Of a stretch of DNA of 64,000 nt, positions 1 through 10,236 are shown one piece after another (positions within the stretch are counted from its first letter, which is position 1; each line of letters opens with the position of its first letter). The stretch covers positions 1,120,001 to 1,184,000 of the forward strand of contig CAXXTB010000002.1 of assembly GCA_963676795.2 (NCBI GenBank), in the 5' to 3' direction. The notes beneath the pieces are model-generated. The model did no database searches and was not told where the DNA came from. It worked only from the letters and a program-made list of their open reading frames with translations. The translations under genes and the position numbers were made by a program. Source of the stretch: Geopsychrobacteraceae bacterium (GTDB lineage Bacteria > Desulfobacterota > Desulfuromonadia > Desulfuromonadales > Geopsychrobacteraceae).

Positions 1-1
1 C

Positions 2-880
2 GCCGGTGTCGGCAGTACCGACCTTGAAGTTGGTATCCTCAAGGGGGTCTGTTCGTTCCGTGAACCGGAAACCATTCGCATCAATCTGAACGGTGAGCTG
101 TCCAGGGGGGTTTACGCCAAGGATGTCATTCTCCATGTCATTTCCCTGCTCGGCGTCAATGGTGCGACCGACAAGGTTATCGAGTTCCGCGGTCCGATCG
201 TCGATCAGATGAGCATGGAAGCCCGTATGACCCTGTGTAACATGGCCATCGAAGCCGGCGGTACCTCCGGTGTCTGTATGCCTGACATGGTTACCGTCGA
301 GTACCTCTGGCCGTTCATCAAGGATGAATATTCAAGCAAGGAAGCCGCGCTCGAAGACTATCAGCAGTGGGTTTCTGACGAGGATGCTTCTTATGTCAAG
401 GTGATCGATATTGACGTTTCCGTCCTTGAGCCGAAGGTCACTTACGACTACAAGCCCGATTGCGTCAAGGATGTCAAGGAGCTGGCCGGAACTCCGGTCG
501 ATCAGATCTACATCGGCACCTGTACCAACGGTCGTATCGAGGATCTGCGTCAGGCTGCCGAAGTTCTCAAAGGGAAGAGGATCGCTGATTCGGTGCGCGC
601 TATCGTCTCTCCGGCAACCCCGAAGATCTACAGCGATGCTTTGGCTGAAGGGCTGATCCAGATCTTTATGGATGCAGGTTTCTGTGTCACCAATCCGACC
701 TGTGGTGCCTGCCTGGGGATGAGTAATGGTGTTCTTGCCGAGGGCGAGGTCTGTGCTTCAACCAGCAACCGTAACTTCAACGGCCGGATGGGTAAGGGCG
801 GTATGGTTCACCTGATGAGCCCGGCAACTGCCGCTGCGACAGCCTTGACCGGTGTCATTACCGACGCCAGAACCCTTTAA
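2..880 (+). CDS. leuC: 3-isopropylmalate dehydratase large subunit (5' truncated by window edge)
   Basis: Frame open from window start (AGVGSTDLEV...). Fe-S motifs IGTCTNGR and CGACLG, STSNRNF. Upstream of leuD/leuB. Confidence 0.93.
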   Translation, partial: AGVGSTDLEVGILKGVCSFREPETIRINLNGELSRGVYAKDVILHVISLLGVNGATDKVIEFRGPIVDQMSMEARMTLCNMAIEAGGTSGVCMPDMVTVEYLWPFIKDEYSSKEAALEDYQQWVSDEDASYVKVIDIDVSVLEPKVTYDYKPDCVKDVKELAGTPVDQIYIGTCTNGRIEDLRQAAEVLKGKRIADSVRAIVSPATPKIYSDALAEGLIQIFMDAGFCVTNPTCGACLGMSNGVLAEGEVCASTSNRNFNGRMGKGGMVHLMSPATAAATALTGVITDARTL

Positions 881-898
881 TCGATCAGGAGAGAAACA

Positions 899-1429
899 AT
901 GCAGAAGACTTTTGGTGGATCGGCAATCTTTCTTGATCGATCCGATATCAATACCGACGAAATTATCCCGGCCAAGTACCTGGTCGAAGTGACCAAGGAC
1001 GCCCTGCGTCCATTTATCCTCGAGGATCTGAAGCTGGACGGTTTCGATCCGAAAGGGGAGGCCCTGAAGGATGCCAAGGTTGTCGTAACCCGCGAGAACT
1101 TTGGCTGCGGTTCATCCCGTGAGCATGCTCCCTGGGTTTTTGAGGTGAATGACATTCACACCATCATCGCCGAAAGCTATGCGCGGATCTTCCGCCAGAA
1201 CATGTTCAACTGCGGTATGCTCGCCATCGAACTGCCAAAAGCCGATATCGATGAGCTGGTCGCGCTGCAGCAGCGGGGGGCCGTGAATATCTCTGTCGAT
1301 CTTGATGCTCAAACAGTTACGGCAACGGCCGGTAGCGAAACCAAAAGCTATAAGTTCGAGATCAGCCAGTTCGATAAAGCCCTGGTTGAAGCTGGTGGCT
1401 GGGTTGAATTTGCCGACTCCCGTTATTAG
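899..1429 (+). CDS. leuD: 3-isopropylmalate dehydratase small subunit
   Basis: DINTDEIIPA and NFGCGSSREHA motifs; RBS AGGAG. Confidence 0.95.
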   Translation: MQKTFGGSAIFLDRSDINTDEIIPAKYLVEVTKDALRPFILEDLKLDGFDPKGEALKDAKVVVTRENFGCGSSREHAPWVFEVNDIHTIIAESYARIFRQNMFNCGMLAIELPKADIDELVALQQRGAVNISVDLDAQTVTATAGSETKSYKFEISQFDKALVEAGGWVEFADSRY

Positions 1430-1454
1430 TATTACGTAGCTACCATGAATGTTG

Positions 1455-1482
1455 AGGCAGCCGTCCTGCGGCTGCCTTTTTT
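1455..1482 (+). terminator. Rho-independent terminator after leuD
   Basis: AGGCAGCCG-tcctg-CGGCTGCCT followed by a T-run. Confidence 0.8.
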
Positions 1483-1519
1483 CTTTGTTGTCCCTGCGGT
1501 GGCAACGGTTCAAAAAAGT

Positions 1520-1548
1520 TTGACAAAAAAATGACCGCTTTCTATAGT
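1520..1548 (+). promoter_or_regulatory. sigma70-type promoter for leuB
   Basis: TTGACA(1520-1525)-17 bp-TATAGT(1543-1548). Confidence 0.75.
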
Positions 1549-1562
1549 TTTAGCCGTTTTGA

Positions 1563-2699
<1,137 letters not shown>

Positions 2700-2711
2700 T
2701 AACCACCTATG

Positions 2712-2751
2712 AGCCGCGGCAGGACTTGCGGGTTCTGTTGCGGTTTTTTTT
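2712..2751 (+). terminator. Probable terminator after leuB
   Basis: GC/GU-rich stem (agccgcggcaggac / gttctgttgcggtt) followed by a T-run. Confidence 0.6.
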
Positions 2752-2764
2752 CTGGTGAGGCGTA

Positions 2765-3517
2765 ATGACGGAGGGGCTCTTTATTCCGGGCGAAGGACTC
2801 TATTATCGGCTCGACCCACGGCTCAAGCTGGTTGTGACCCTGGTCCTTATGATTGCGCTCTTCTCGGCGAACAGTTTCGTACGGCCCCTGCTGATCTTTC
2901 TGGCCTGGCTTGCTTGTTCCTCTCTGAATGCCGTCAAGCTCAGGCAGTTATGGAAATTTGTAAGATTGCTCCGCTGGCTGCTCATTTTTACCCTGCTGCT
3001 TCATCTGTTGCTGACCCCGGGGCGAGCGCTGCTGGGCAGCAGTTGGGTGAGCTATGACGGATTGCTGCGGGGTGTGCTGATCGATTTTCAGCTGATCATG
3101 GCCGTTGGTTTGTCTCTTGCTCTGGCCTGGACAACTCATCCCGTGCAGTTGGCCAAGGGCGGTGCGTCTCTCTTGGCGCCACTGCAATATCTCAGGGTGC
3201 CGGTCAGGGAGATTGCCGACCTGGTTCCCCTGGTGCTCTATTTTATCCCGTCATTGCAGCAGGAGGTTGAGCGGCTGAAGCGGGAAGAGCCCGAGGCGGG
3301 TGACGCGGCTCATTCGCTCTGGGATCGCTGGCAGTTGAAGCTGGAAATCCTGATCGGACGGATGCTCGACCGTGGAGACCAGTTGGCCCGGCAGATTGCC
3401 AGTGGTGAGGATTATTTGGCTGGAACGCTTCAGGATCGACCGCTCGTTTTTGATCGGACCAGTGCTCTGGCCGCTGTCGGCGGACTGGTCTTCTGTGCTG
3501 TTCTGTTTATGGTGTGA
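2765..3517 (+). CDS. EcfT/CbiQ-like membrane protein (degenerate, no cognate ATPase nearby)
   Basis: N-terminal RLDPRLKL, several TM helices, TTHPVQLAKG..SLLAPL..LRVPV and LYFIP segments typical of the EcfT family. Confidence 0.7.
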   Translation: MTEGLFIPGEGLYYRLDPRLKLVVTLVLMIALFSANSFVRPLLIFLAWLACSSLNAVKLRQLWKFVRLLRWLLIFTLLLHLLLTPGRALLGSSWVSYDGLLRGVLIDFQLIMAVGLSLALAWTTHPVQLAKGGASLLAPLQYLRVPVREIADLVPLVLYFIPSLQQEVERLKREEPEAGDAAHSLWDRWQLKLEILIGRMLDRGDQLARQIASGEDYLAGTLQDRPLVFDRTSALAAVGGLVFCAVLFMV

Positions 3518-3518
3518 G

Positions 3519-4253
3519 ATGATCAAGGTTAAGTTGACGGTCGCCTATGACGGCACCGACTATGTCGGTTGGCAGTATCAGCCTAACGGTGTTGCTGTTC
3601 AGCAGTGTCTGGAACAGGCGCTGGCCAAGTTGACGGGGCGGGTGCATGCCGTGTATTCCTCCGGGCGTACCGACGCCGGTGTCCATGCTTTGGGTATGGT
3701 TTGCCATTTTCAGACCGAACGTCAACTGCCGCTCAGGGCCTGGCGTGAAGGCTTGAACAGTCATCTGCCGCAGGATATCGCGGTACGCGAGGCTGAATTT
3801 GTCGACCCTGAATTTCATGCCCGTTTCAGTGCTGTTGGCAAGCACTATCGTTATACGATCCTGCGTGATGCCATCCGTCAGCCGCTCGAACGACGGACCA
3901 GCTGGCAGGTCAAAGCCGTGCTGGACCTTGACCTGATGCGTCAGGCTGCGAAAGCTCTTGTCGGTCGCCACGACTTTGCGGCTTTCCGGACAACTGGCTG
4001 TGCTGCTGAAACGACGATCCGTGAGATCTTTTCTGTCGTGATATTCGAGCAGGGAGACATGCTGCTTATCGATGTGTGCGGCGCAGGGTTTCTGAAGAAT
4101 ATGGTGCGCATGATTGTCGGAACCCTGGTCGAAATCGGACGGGGTAAGCGCGCTCCTGAAGTCGTCGCCGGGATGCTGCAAAAACCTGAAAAATTCCCGC
4201 CTGCACTGACCGCACCGGCGCATGGGCTCTGTCTTGTCAGCGTCAGCTACTGA
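3519..4253 (+). CDS. truA: tRNA pseudouridine(38-40) synthase
   Basis: AYDGTDYVGWQ, SGRTDAGVHA, FLKNMVR. ATG at 3519 preferred over the longer ORF start. Confidence 0.96.
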   Translation: MIKVKLTVAYDGTDYVGWQYQPNGVAVQQCLEQALAKLTGRVHAVYSSGRTDAGVHALGMVCHFQTERQLPLRAWREGLNSHLPQDIAVREAEFVDPEFHARFSAVGKHYRYTILRDAIRQPLERRTSWQVKAVLDLDLMRQAAKALVGRHDFAAFRTTGCAAETTIREIFSVVIFEQGDMLLIDVCGAGFLKNMVRMIVGTLVEIGRGKRAPEVVAGMLQKPEKFPPALTAPAHGLCLVSVSY

Positions 4254-4315
4254 AATCGGATAAATAGCCCATTTGCTGATCTGAACCGGGAGCTGAATTA
4301 TGCTCAAGAATTTAC

Positions 4316-4344
4316 TTGACAGGTCGGGGGGACTCGGATAGATT
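4316..4344 (+). promoter_or_regulatory. sigma70-type promoter for rplM-rpsI
   Basis: TTGACA(4316-4321)-17 bp-TAGATT(4339-4344). Confidence 0.7.
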
Positions 4345-4400
4345 TACCGCTTTGTGAGCCCCACAAACCCTTTAGAGAAATAGTTTTGGAGAGGAATGCG

Positions 4401-4829
4401 ATGAGTACACTGGTCGCTAAGGAACAGGACATAAAGAGACAGTGGTACGTTGTCGATCTGGAGGACGTTGTTCTTGGTCGTGCAGCTACCGAGATTGCCC
4501 GTGTTTTGCGCGGAAAGCATAAAGCAATTTTTAGCCCGAGCGTTGACACTGGCGATTTTGTCATTGTTCTTAATGCTGACAAGGTCAAAATGACCGGAAA
4601 TAAACTGGCTGCAAAGAAATATTACAGCTATTCCGGATACATGGGTGGTCTGAAAGAGATTACTGCGGAGAAACAACTGCAGAAAAAACCTGAGATGGTC
4701 GTACAGGCTGCTGTTAAAGGGATGCTGCCGAAGAACAAACTCGGCCGCCAAATGTTCCGTAAACTCAAGGTCTATGCTGGTGGTGAGCATCCACACACTG
4801 CCCAGCAGCCTAAAGAATTGAAGTTTTAA
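4401..4829 (+). CDS. rplM: 50S ribosomal protein L13
   Basis: [39 protein letters not shown] before ATG 4401. Confidence 0.98.
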   Translation: MSTLVAKEQDIKRQWYVVDLEDVVLGRAATEIARVLRGKHKAIFSPSVDTGDFVIVLNADKVKMTGNKLAAKKYYSYSGYMGGLKEITAEKQLQKKPEMVVQAAVKGMLPKNKLGRQMFRKLKVYAGGEHPHTAQQPKELKF

Positions 4830-4845
4830 CCAGGGAGATAGCTAG

Positions 4846-5238
4846 ATGGCTGAGCAGAAGTTTTATGCAACTGGTAAAAGAAAAACATCGATCGCCCGCG
4901 TCTGGATGAAGCCGGGAACCGGTGTTATCACCGTCAACAAGCGTCCTCTGGATGATTTTTTTGGTCGCGAGACCTCCAAGATGGTTGTCCGTCAGCCGCT
5001 TGAACTGACCGAGAACATGGGTAAGTTCGATATCAGCGTCAACGTCTGTGGCGGTGGTGCTTCCGGACAAGCTGGTGCTATCAAGCACGGCATCACCAAG
5101 GCTCTGCTTGAGGTTGATCCTGCCCTGCGTGACGTCCTCAAAAAAGCTGGTTTCATCACCCGTGACAGCCGCGTGAAAGAACGTAAAAAATACGGTCGCG
5201 CTGCTGCTCGCCGGAGTTTCCAGTTCTCCAAGCGTTAA
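4846..5238 (+). CDS. rpsI: 30S ribosomal protein S9
   Basis: [17 protein letters not shown]-terminal QFSKR. Confidence 0.98.
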   Translation: MAEQKFYATGKRKTSIARVWMKPGTGVITVNKRPLDDFFGRETSKMVVRQPLELTENMGKFDISVNVCGGGASGQAGAIKHGITKALLEVDPALRDVLKKAGFITRDSRVKERKKYGRAAARRSFQFSKR

Positions 5239-5274
5239 TCGATCTGTCGTTTACGCGGAGATTGCAATACTGTC

Positions 5275-5307
5275 AAAAGGGAAGCCCACTGCGGGTTTCC
5301 CTTTTTT
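5275..5307 (+). terminator. Terminator after rpsI
   Basis: AAAAGGGAAGCCC-actgc-GGGTTTCCCTTTTTT. Confidence 0.8.
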
Positions 5308-5317
5308 CGTTAAGGAG

Positions 5318-6361
5318 ATGGTTATGATCAAGGTCGCTGTTGTTGGGGCCAGTGGTTACACTGGCGTTGAGCTGTTGAGAATTCTTGTCGGTCATCCGCA
5401 AGTCGAGATTGTCTGTGTGACCTCGCGGCAGCATGAGGGAGTGCCTATCAATCAGGTCTTCCCGTCTCTCACCGGTTTCTGCAATCTGGCCTGTGAGTCG
5501 CTCGACGTTGCCCGTATTGTCGAGCGCGCCGATCTTGTGTTTACTGCTCTGCCGCACAAGTCGGCCATGGCGGTTATTCCTGACTTTCTGGCAGCTGGCT
5601 GCAGGGTTGTCGATCTGTCAGCAGACTATCGGCTAAAAGATCAGGCTGTATACGAAAAGTGGTACCAGCAGCACAGCAGTCCGGAATTGTTGTCCAAGGC
5701 TGTTTACGGTTTGCCGGAGCTCTATCGTGAGCAGGTCAAATCGGCGACTCTGGTTGCCAATCCCGGTTGCTATCCGACCAGTATCATTCTTGGTCTCGCT
5801 CCGCTGCTCAAGCACGGACTGATCGACACCACCACCCTGATTGCGGACAGTAAATCAGGAACCAGCGGGGCCGGTCGGAGCGCCAAGCAGGGGAGTCTGT
5901 TCTGTGAGGTGAATGAAGGATTCAAAGCCTATTCCGTCGGTGCTCACCGCCATACCCCCGAAATCGAACAGGAGTTGTCGCTGCTGGCAGGTGCTCAGGT
6001 CGAGCTGAACTTCACGCCGCATCTGTTGCCGATCAACCGGGGTATCTTGTCGACAAATTACGCAAAGCTGACCAAAAAGACGTCGACTGCCGAACTGCTG
6101 GATCTCTATCGGGAGTTTTATCAGGGGGAGAGCTTCGTCCGTATCATGCCGGGGGGCGAATTGCCAAATGTCGCTTACCTGTCCGGAACCAATTTCTGTG
6201 ATATCGGCCTGGTCAGTGACGAGCGGACCGGCAGGGTGATTGTCGTTTCTGCCATTGATAATCTGGTCAAGGGAGCCGCCGGACAGGCGGTACAGAACAT
6301 GAACGTTCTCTTTGGTTTCAAGGAATCGCTGGGGCTGGCGATTGTTCCGACATTTCCCTGA
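5318..6361 (+). CDS. argC: N-acetyl-gamma-glutamyl-phosphate reductase
   Basis: [34 protein letters not shown]. Confidence 0.97.
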   Translation: MVMIKVAVVGASGYTGVELLRILVGHPQVEIVCVTSRQHEGVPINQVFPSLTGFCNLACESLDVARIVERADLVFTALPHKSAMAVIPDFLAAGCRVVDLSADYRLKDQAVYEKWYQQHSSPELLSKAVYGLPELYREQVKSATLVANPGCYPTSIILGLAPLLKHGLIDTTTLIADSKSGTSGAGRSAKQGSLFCEVNEGFKAYSVGAHRHTPEIEQELSLLAGAQVELNFTPHLLPINRGILSTNYAKLTKKTSTAELLDLYREFYQGESFVRIMPGGELPNVAYLSGTNFCDIGLVSDERTGRVIVVSAIDNLVKGAAGQAVQNMNVLFGFKESLGLAIVPTFP

Positions 6362-6454
6362 TCATCGCTTTGTGCATATCCTGCTGGCATTTTCCTGGTA
6401 CAGTAGGTAGTATTTGTAGCTAATTTTATTGGCAATTTCTATTGTTGAGGTCGT

Positions 6455-8533
6455 ATGCTGGACTCCGGTCTTCAGGTTCTTGGCTGTCAGGTTGAAGAGC
6501 TGGTCGCTTCAAATTCTGTCTACGATACTTATTCCGTCACCGCCGCTGATGGAACAAGATGTCGTTTGCTGCTTTTTTTTACAGAAGATCTGAAAGAGAA
6601 GTCGCGCAGACAGTCTGCGACTGCGCTGGTGGCCCGGCTCGAAGGACAGGATTTCGCTCAGATTGCTCTACCTCTTGGTGCAGATGAGGTTAGCGATCAT
6701 TTCGTCTGCCTCTGGCCAGAGTATAGCGGTCCTGCATTGTCAGAGCTGGATGACTTGCCACTGCCAATGGACCGGGCTCTTGCTCTGGTCCGTCAGATTG
6801 CAGCGGCACTGATAGCTCCACATATTGTCGACTTCACTCATGGTGCCCTGTCGCCGCAGAATGTCCGCCTGCTGGATCATGATGTGCTGCTTTTTGATTT
6901 TGCGCTGGGTAAAATTGCCCCCCTTGATTTCAATTCCGGGATAGACCCCCAGTGTATCAGTCCGGAGCAGGTCCGCGGTGAAGCATACGGGCAGCCAGCT
7001 GATGTCTATGCCTTGGGTTGTATCCTCTATTTCCTGTTGACGGGCACTCCGCCCTTTAATGAAAAAGAGCCTTTTTATATTGCCGTGCAGCGCCTGCACG
7101 AAAATTTTCCCAAGCTGCCAGATTCGCTGCAACAGTGTCAGTCGCTCCTCGACAGGATGGTTGCTGCGCTCCCAGAACAGCGTCCGGATGCTGCGGAGAT
7201 CGTTGCTGAAATCGATCAACTGTTCGAGGTCCGGTCTGCAACTGAACAGGATACGGTGTACAGCGACGAAGTCGGGGGGCAACGCGAAACTGATGTCGTT
7301 GCTGAGGTGGATGAGTATCTGAGCTCAGATATTGCCGCCAAGATTGAAGCGCGCCTTATGGCCTTGGAAGAGGACTCTGCTCCGGTGGAGGCGTCGGACA
7401 AAGCAACTTTTGTTCAACAGGGGGCCGATTCCGCTAATCTGGGTTACCGGGAGAGCGGGAGGCGAGACTCACGCTGGAGGCCCGTGTTTCTGTTGCTGTT
7501 GGGGGTTGTTATCGGTGTCGTTGTTTATGCTCTCTACAGCGATCAGCCGAGCGGATCCGGAGGGCGCTCGGTTACAGCTGAGGATCCCCTTCTCTCTGAA
7601 TTGCAGGACGCCATTGGTCTGTGGCGGAATCAGGAGACGCAAGCTGCCGTTGTGCGCTTGCTCGGTCTGATCCAGGACTATCCTGAAGATCCGCGTGCCT
7701 ATAATGATCTTGCGGCAATTCGAGTCGCCCAGGGGAACTACGAAGAGGCTCGTGCTCTGCTGGAGCGGGCTCTGAATACCAGCAGTGATTATGCAACGGT
7801 CTATAATAATCTGGCTGCCATCTACAGCGAGATGGCCAGAGTCTCTTATGGCAGAGCTCTGCAGTTGAGCGATGAAAAACGGAACTTCACTCTTGCGCTT
7901 ATCCCTCAGTCAAATGACCCCTCTGTTGTTTTGCCGGGATCCGCGCTGGACAACCCTGACGCCACAGCTGCCGTGTCAGAGGTTGTCCCTGTCAGCGAGC
8001 CGCAGACCGTTGTTGTCGTTGCGGCTGAGAAAACCGTTCCGGAGAAGCCACCGGTCGTTCAGCCCGAAAAGGTAGCGACCTCCGTTGTGCCATCTGCCGA
8101 ACTGCCAAGGGTGGCTTCGGAACCGGAGCAGGTGGCTCAGCAGCTGTCCTCCGATTCTTTCAGGGATGAGCCGCTGTCTGCAGAACTGTCTGCAGTTGAG
8201 ACATTCCTCGCCTCCTGGGCCGAGGCCTGGTCGCGTCAGGATGTTGAGGCCTATCTTGCTCATTACGCAGGGGATTTTATTCCGCGTAGCGGGGTGGCAA
8301 GGGAGCGTTGGGAGCAGCAACGCCGTAGCCGTCTGGCAAACCCCTCGGCGATTCAGGTCACGCTGGAAAATTTCACTCTTGTTAAAAAAACAGGTGACCT
8401 ATTGACCGTTGACGTCGAGCAGGTCTATGTCAGTGATGTCTATTCCGACCTGACGCGCAAGCGCTTTGAGTTACGCAAGTTGCCTGACGGATTCGAGATC
8501 GTTCGTGAGCATTCTCTTGAGGTGATTCGTTGA
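6455..8533 (+). CDS. Membrane Ser/Thr kinase-like (pseudokinase) protein with periplasmic TPR and C-terminal NTF2-like domain
   Basis: Hanks C-lobe motifs (SPEQ, ADVYALGCILYFLLTGTPPF, QRP) with a degenerate catalytic loop (HGALSPQN). One TM (VFLLLLGVVIGVVVYALY), TPRs, Pro-rich linker, then WAEAWSRQDVEAYLAHYAGDF. Confidence 0.75.
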   Translation: MLDSGLQVLGCQVEELVASNSVYDTYSVTAADGTRCRLLLFFTEDLKEKSRRQSATALVARLEGQDFAQIALPLGADEVSDHFVCLWPEYSGPALSELDDLPLPMDRALALVRQIAAALIAPHIVDFTHGALSPQNVRLLDHDVLLFDFALGKIAPLDFNSGIDPQCISPEQVRGEAYGQPADVYALGCILYFLLTGTPPFNEKEPFYIAVQRLHENFPKLPDSLQQCQSLLDRMVAALPEQRPDAAEIVAEIDQLFEVRSATEQDTVYSDEVGGQRETDVVAEVDEYLSSDIAAKIEARLMALEEDSAPVEASDKATFVQQGADSANLGYRESGRRDSRWRPVFLLLLGVVIGVVVYALYSDQPSGSGGRSVTAEDPLLSELQDAIGLWRNQETQAAVVRLLGLIQDYPEDPRAYNDLAAIRVAQGNYEEARALLERALNTSSDYATVYNNLAAIYSEMARVSYGRALQLSDEKRNFTLALIPQSNDPSVVLPGSALDNPDATAAVSEVVPVSEPQTVVVVAAEKTVPEKPPVVQPEKVATSVVPSAELPRVASEPEQVAQQLSSDSFRDEPLSAELSAVETFLASWAEAWSRQDVEAYLAHYAGDFIPRSGVARERWEQQRRSRLANPSAIQVTLENFTLVKKTGDLLTVDVEQVYVSDVYSDLTRKRFELRKLPDGFEIVREHSLEVIR

Positions 8534-9876
8534 AAGTCAGACTGCCTCTCATTGTCATTGTTCTGATAGCACTGTTCGGCTTGACCGGAGCCAAGGTTGT
8601 TGCGCTCTGGCCTCAACAGGACCAGGCGCTGCTGGGACATGGCTTATCCCGCAACGCTGCCCCGGCGTTATCTCCTTTAGAGGAGGAGGCCTCCCGTCAA
8701 GCTGCGCTGATGACGCGCCTTGATAGGCGTCTTGAGGAGAATCCCGACGATTATGAGGCGAGCCTGCTCCGCGGTTTGCTGCTGTTTCAGCGTGGAGAGC
8801 TTGAGTCGGCTATTGCCGAACTGCGCGGCCTGGTTGCGCGGGCTCCCAAGTTTCAGCTGGCTCACCTGGTGCTGGGTGATCTGCTCAGTGCACGTTTCGA
8901 CCAGGTTGACTCTTTTGGTATCCGGGCGCTGGCCGGCAAACTTGACGGTCAACAGGAAATCCGCATCGAGCAGTTGCAGAACGAGGCACGGGCGAGAATC
9001 CAGGGCTACCTGGCCTTGGTCGAAGGGGTTGAGGTGCCGCAGGCGTTGACCAGTCTGAGTGCTTCCGTCGCCTATGCGCTGATCGTCGACAAGAGCAAAA
9101 ACCGGCTTTACGTCTTTTGCAACGCAGGTCCCGGCCTGCCACCTGAACTGGTTGATGATTTCTACATCGTCTTGGGCAAGAAGCCGGGGAACAAGCAGCA
9201 TGAAGGCGATCTGAAAACCCCCGATGGAGTCTATCACGTCACCTCCTATCTGCCGGATGATAAGCTGCCGCCTCTCTACGGTAGCGGCGCCTTTCCGACC
9301 AATTATCCGAATGCCTTTGATCGCCGTCAGAACAAAAGTGGCAGTGGCATCTGGCTGCATGGAACTGAAAAGTCGCTTTACAGCAGACCGCCTCTCGACA
9401 GTGAGGGGTGTGTTGTCTTGACCAACGAGGAGTTTTCGCGCATCATCCCCTACGTTCAGGTTGGCAAGACCCCGGTGATCATCTCGGAGCAGGTTGCCTG
9501 GATTTCCAGTAGCGAATGGTTGCAGCAGAATTTTGAAATACAGGCCGTTCTGGAAGCCTGGCGCCAGAGCTGGGAAGCGGCCGATGCTGAAGCCTATCTG
9601 GCCAAGTATGCCAGGGATTTCTGGTCTGACCGCTACGATCGGACGAGCTGGGCGCGTTATAAAAAACAGGTGTTTTCAGGCAAAACCTATCAGAAGATCG
9701 ATCTGAACGATGTTTCTATCCTGAGTTATCCTGCCAGTGAGCACTATCCTGAGATGAAACTGGTCAGTTTTGTTCAGAATTACCGGTCGAACAATTTCAG
9801 AGGGACTGTTGCCAAACAACTCTATCTGGTCAAGCGGGATAAAGACTGGAAGATTCTCTATGAAGGGGATCCCTGA
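8530..9876 (+). CDS. L,D-transpeptidase (YkuD) family protein, Csd6/Pgp2/DpaA-like, with N-terminal TPR and C-terminal NTF2-like domain
   Basis: Signal/anchor peptide; VDKSKNRL, EGDLKTPDGVY, GIWLHG...SEGCV catalytic motif; C-terminal WRQSWEAADAEAYLAKYARDF. Confidence 0.85.
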   Translation: MKVRLPLIVIVLIALFGLTGAKVVALWPQQDQALLGHGLSRNAAPALSPLEEEASRQAALMTRLDRRLEENPDDYEASLLRGLLLFQRGELESAIAELRGLVARAPKFQLAHLVLGDLLSARFDQVDSFGIRALAGKLDGQQEIRIEQLQNEARARIQGYLALVEGVEVPQALTSLSASVAYALIVDKSKNRLYVFCNAGPGLPPELVDDFYIVLGKKPGNKQHEGDLKTPDGVYHVTSYLPDDKLPPLYGSGAFPTNYPNAFDRRQNKSGSGIWLHGTEKSLYSRPPLDSEGCVVLTNEEFSRIIPYVQVGKTPVIISEQVAWISSSEWLQQNFEIQAVLEAWRQSWEAADAEAYLAKYARDFWSDRYDRTSWARYKKQVFSGKTYQKIDLNDVSILSYPASEHYPEMKLVSFVQNYRSNNFRGTVAKQLYLVKRDKDWKILYEGDP

Positions 9877-9883
9877 TTCCTGT

Positions 9884-10084
9884 TCAGGTCTGGATTTCAA
9901 GATCCTGAATCAGCTGATTCAGGTCCCAGCCATGGTATTCAGCGACAACCTCAAGCCTTTCGAAGAGCATTTCGCAGCAGACGCAGCTCCCTGATTTTTT
10001 GTCGTAGGCCTGAAAAACCTCGAGGGTGTCAGGCCAGTCACTGAGAATGTCGAGCAGGGTCATCTGGGCAGTAATCTCGGGCAT
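9884..10084 (-). CDS. Small DUF1858-like protein with CxCC motif
   Basis: ITAQMTLLDILSDWPDTLEVF...CVCC...DLNQLIQDL pattern; RBS AGGAG upstream on the minus strand. Confidence 0.6.
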   Translation of the reverse strand: MPEITAQMTLLDILSDWPDTLEVFQAYDKKSGSCVCCEMLFERLEVVAEYHGWDLNQLIQDLEIQT

Positions 10085-10236
10085 CCTTGTTCTCCTGAAG
10101 ATAATTTTACTTCAATCCTGAATCGGCTGCACTCAAGTGGCGCTTGAGGCTGGCGGCAGGGGGTGAAAAGAAATTGACAGAATCAACTTATCTATGATTC
10201 CCTAGACCGCTATTTGCATCAGATTCGGATATATTT

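Noticed and set aside
3372..3518. Long N-terminal extensions in the ORF track (truA here; likewise cmk, pheA, lpxD, the TPR and LolB-like genes)
   Set aside because: They overlap upstream genes or precede the conserved N-terminus or signal peptide; downstream starts fit family alignments and RBS positions better.
6380..6450. Possible sigma54 promoter (TGGCA motifs) upstream of the pseudokinase
   Set aside because: No GC at the -12 position with the required GG-N10-GC spacing.
10174..10198. TTGACAGAATCAA as an FNR box or the -35 of a queA promoter
   Set aside because: One base short of TTGAT-N4-ATCAA, and only 13 bp separate TTGACA from TATGAT; neither reading is supported.
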